This document shows positions 61,493 to 64,000 of a stretch of 64,000 nucleotides of DNA, piece by piece (the stretch's first letter is position 1; each line of letters opens with the position of its first letter). Source of the stretch: Anaerosacchariphilus polymeriproducens (GTDB lineage: Bacteria > Bacillota > Clostridia > Lachnospirales > Lachnospiraceae); NCBI RefSeq assembly GCF_003363435.1, contig NZ_QRCT01000049.1:357403-421402 (forward strand), written 5' to 3'. Under the pieces are notes generated by a model. That model saw only the letters and a list, made by a program, of their open reading frames with translations. It was not told the DNA's origin and ran no database searches. Both the position numbers and the translations under genes were made by a program.

Positions 61493-62455
61493 CTACTGTC
61501 TATACTTTCCATTAAATAAATAATCATAAAGTTGTTTTATATCAAGTTTTGTTGGTGATGTAACTCCTCCATTTGCTGTTTTTGACCCTGTAGATCCATA
61601 AATATTTCCATTTGGAGCAACATTTCTTGTTGGCTGGTGAACGTGTGGTGCCAAACCACCGTGTTCCTCTGCTCCAAATCTTTTAAATTGCCCCCCTACA
61701 TCTCCTTTATTATTATTAAAACCGCTTGATTTAGTGTATAACCCTACTTCTGCATCGGGAGAAATGTTGTTCTTCATGAATCCTTCTAATGTTCTTTCAC
61801 CAGGTTGTGGCTTGTAGCCTTTATTTGTAATCCAGTCAGTGTTAACCCCTCCCTTATTCGCAAAATACTGCAAATCATAAGAAAGGCGATTCCCAGTTCC
61901 ACCGGCCTGATTTCCTAGCTCAAATTTATTCTTACTAAGTGCCTCTTTCAGTGAGGTATTCTTTCCAACTCCGGTAAAGTCTGCCTGAAGCATCTTTCGA
62001 AGGCTTTTCCCACTGGATACCAGGCCTTTGCCGCTAAGTCCTACTCCCAGTCTGTCTGCCAGTATTGAGAATACACTTTCTGCGCTGATACTTCCTGTTT
62101 TTTTATATTCCTTGATGGCATTTGTGACATCATGCTTTAAGTTCACTGCACTGACTGTGAAGCTGCCGGTATAGGATACCACTTCTGATATCTTTTCAAT
62201 ATATTTTGCGGTCTTGGCTGCTTTATTAAAAAACTTCGATGCCTTGAATCCCAGACGAATTCCGGAACCTACCACGGAACCTATAAATGGCAGAGCTGAC
62301 ATAGCACTTAGTGTTGCCATTTCTTCATTGCCTTCTAACAAGTACCAGCCTGCATTTATTACATCTACTACATCTCCAACCCCCGGTATAAACCCTATAA
62401 CATCTAGTACCGTATGTCCTATTGAACTAAAGCTTCCGTTGTTTTGCGGGCACAA
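61493..62455 (-). CDS. Orphan polymorphic-toxin C-terminal cassette: partial PT-TG pre-toxin domain + conserved linker + alternative toxin tip (no ATG start)
   Basis: 320-codon ORF. It begins at a TTG inside an open frame without SD. It contains the PT-TG motif (VLDVIGFIPGVGDVVDVINAGWY). Its middle 130 residues are about 90% identical to the upstream toxin gene, then the C-terminus diverges (GVNTDWITNKGYKPQP...EEHGGLAPHVHQP...). Confidence 0.55.
   Translation of the reverse strand: MCPQNNGSFSSIGHTVLDVIGFIPGVGDVVDVINAGWYLLEGNEEMATLSAMSALPFIGSVVGSGIRLGFKASKFFNKAAKTAKYIEKISEVVSYTGSFTVSAVNLKHDVTNAIKEYKKTGSISAESVFSILADRLGVGLSGKGLVSSGKSLRKMLQADFTGVGKNTSLKEALSKNKFELGNQAGGTGNRLSYDLQYFANKGGVNTDWITNKGYKPQPGERTLEGFMKNNISPDAEVGLYTKSSGFNNNKGDVGGQFKRFGAEEHGGLAPHVHQPTRNVAPNGNIYGSTGSKTANGGVTSPTKLDIKQLYDYLFNGKYRQ
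61850..62250. repeat. Recombination repeat, copy A (about 95% identical to 63596..64000)
   Basis: Direct comparison of the two stretches shows near-identity over at least 400 bp with scattered SNPs. Identity starts exactly where the toxin tips diverge. Copy A probably extends further right toward 62455. Confidence 0.85.
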
Positions 62456-62915
62456 TCCAAATGGATCGGTATAACGGATTGGATTGCCCTGTACATAGCA
62501 GTAACGGTTCAGACTTTGGCTGTTTTCAATACTGCCGGTCAGAATATCTTAATTGATAAACCTTCTAATACCTGTATTATAATACCTTGCACGCATATAA
62601 TACAAGCCATTTGTATCTGTACATAAACAAAAAATACCGTTGTAATTGAAGTATCGGCTTTTCATTTACAACGATATTTTCTTTAACTTTTAGCTTAAAA
62701 AGGGGATAATGTGGTAAAGGATTTAGAAAGTATTTTTTAGTTTCATCAACTAGTATTTTCTTTTTAAATTTATCTGCCACTTTTCCCCCTATTCACTGCA
62801 TTATTAGATTTATGCAGCGTTAACTCTTCATATTTTTATTGATTTATCTGAGTTCTACTCTTATTATTTTTTATGCAGTTACTAACTTACTTTTTATACA
62901 TCTAAATTGTAGTAC

Positions 62916-63257
62916 CTATTCTTCAATTTCCTCTACATATTGTAAAAATAAATCTTGTAACTCATTATCAGTATCAACATTATCTAAATATAATTTAGGT
63001 TCAGCATCACATCCACTAAGTGTACTACTTCCATCAATTATACCTAGTATATGTGAAATAGTATCTATAATGACTAGTTCTATAAAATCAATCAATGCAT
63101 CCTTCTTTTCTTCTGATACATTATTATATATTTCTAAAACTTGTTTTAGATATTCATCTTTTACCTTATCAATATTTGAATTATCTAGTTGACTCCTATA
63201 TAGTTCCTTGTCTTTGACAATAGTTTCGTAAAGACTTTTAATAAAAATTTCATTCAT
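62916..63257 (-). CDS. Putative immunity protein for the AHH-nuclease toxin tip
   Basis: 113 aa, highly acidic. It starts 2 nt after the toxin stop. Confidence 0.5.
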   Translation of the reverse strand: MNEIFIKSLYETIVKDKELYRSQLDNSNIDKVKDEYLKQVLEIYNNVSEEKKDALIDFIELVIIDTISHILGIIDGSSTLSGCDAEPKLYLDNVDTDNELQDLFLQYVEEIEE

Positions 63258-63258
63258 T

Positions 63259-64000
63259 TTACTTCCTCATTTCTGGATATAATTTTTTATTCATTTCAAT
63301 TAACTCTTGTAATTTTGAATTTGGAATATCGGGGTAAACTCTTCTTAATTCCCTTATATCTCTTGCAAGTAGTTGTCTTGCATTAGTTATTCCTTTTGTA
63401 CTTCTTGATACTATACCTCTTTCAAAATGCTTTCTTGTGTGTCCTACTTCTGGAACATTTATTGCTGGTGCAGTCATTGGGTCATAACCATCGACTAATT
63501 TCTTCATTGCAGCTTTTTGCCCCGCATGGTGTGCGTCAAGACCTTCTACTCCCTTTATATCTTTATAAGCACCAACTTGATATTTAGCTTCACTTACTCC
63601 CTTACTCGCAAAATACTGCAAATCATAAGAAAGGCGATTCCCAGTTCCCCCAGCCTGATTTCCTAGCCCAAATTTATTCTTACTAAGTTTCTCTTTCAGT
63701 GAAGTATTCTTTCCAACTCCGGTAAAGTCTGACTGAAGCATCTTTCGAAGGCTTTTCCCACTGGATACCAGGCCTTTACCGCTAAGTCCTACTCCCAGTC
63801 CGTCTGCCAGTATTGAGAATACACTTTCTGCGCTGATACTTCCTGTTGCTTTGTATTCCTTGATGGCATTTGTGACATCATGCTTTAAGTTCACTGCACT
63901 GACTGTGAAGCTGCCGGTATAGGATACTACTTCTGATATCTTTTCGATATATTTTGCGGTCTTGGCTGCTTTATTAAAAAACTTCGATGCCTTGAATCCC
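63259..64000 (-). CDS. 3' end of a large polymorphic toxin gene: conserved pre-toxin linker + C-terminal AHH-family HNH/EndoVII nuclease domain (5' part beyond window)
   Basis: The frame is open to the window edge: upstream of the GTG at 63894 it reads ...GFKASKFFNKAAKTAKYIEKISEVVSYTGSFTVSAVNLKHD.... The C-terminal tip contains LDAHHAGQKAAM (AHH motif) and a downstream conserved His (EVGHTRKH). Confidence 0.65.
   Translation of the reverse strand, partial: GFKASKFFNKAAKTAKYIEKISEVVSYTGSFTVSAVNLKHDVTNAIKEYKATGSISAESVFSILADGLGVGLSGKGLVSSGKSLRKMLQSDFTGVGKNTSLKEKLSKNKFGLGNQAGGTGNRLSYDLQYFASKGVSEAKYQVGAYKDIKGVEGLDAHHAGQKAAMKKLVDGYDPMTAPAINVPEVGHTRKHFERGIVSRSTKGITNARQLLARDIRELRRVYPDIPNSKLQELIEMNKKLYPEMRK
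63596..64000. repeat. Recombination repeat, copy B (within the full-length toxin gene)
   Basis: See copy A. Truncated by the window end. Confidence 0.85.

Noticed and set aside
62577-62780. 67-aa minus-strand ORF between immunity gene 1 and the orphan toxin cassette
   Set aside because: No SD and an odd composition (YFLFMYRYKWLVLYACKVL tail). Probably a degenerate remnant or non-coding spacer of the toxin locus, though a remnant of another orphan tip cannot be excluded.

Overview
Low-GC (about 33-38%) Firmicutes/Clostridia-type chromosomal window, almost all coding, mostly on the minus strand. In order: (1) Type I restriction-modification hsdM-hsdS followed by a truncated tyrosine recombinase at the window edge, suggesting hsdS shuffling. 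(2) RecQ helicase. (3) A free-standing 31-aa hydrophobic peptide gene with its own promoter, structured leader and terminator. (4) A TPP-riboswitch-controlled thiC-thiD-thiE operon. (5) An H-cluster-only [FeFe]-hydrogenase-like protein. (6) A long L-arabinose locus: ABC transporter araFGH-like, araR, araA, araB, araD and a split transketolase. (7) A Crp-like regulator divergent from a MATE exporter. (8) A second thiamine operon thiS-thiF-thiG-thiH-thiE2, in which ThiF carries an N-terminal ThiS-like fusion and no TPP riboswitch is visible. (9) A ClC channel. (10) An alpha-glucoside PTS/GH4 glv-like operon with an RpiR regulator. (11) pdxST. (12) Two GGDEF diguanylate cyclases flanking merR-feoAB. 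(13) Membrane/lipoprotein genes: a Lit-like protein, flotillin and lgt. (14) A Ca2+ P-type ATPase. (15) A LysM-GH18 spore-cortex-type hydrolase. (16) An OmpR/histidine-kinase pair and an MFS transporter. (17) At the right edge, a polymorphic-toxin locus: the 3' end of a large toxin (PT-TG pre-toxin region plus an AHH-type HNH nuclease tip) with its immunity gene, then a start-less orphan toxin-tip/immunity cassette that shares a roughly 400-bp near-identical recombination repeat. No CRISPR array, rRNA or tRNA was seen. The most notable items are the toxin/orphan cassette locus, the autonomous small-peptide unit, the recombinase-linked Type I R-M, the minimal hydrogenase-like protein and the ThiS-ThiF fusion next to a free ThiS.
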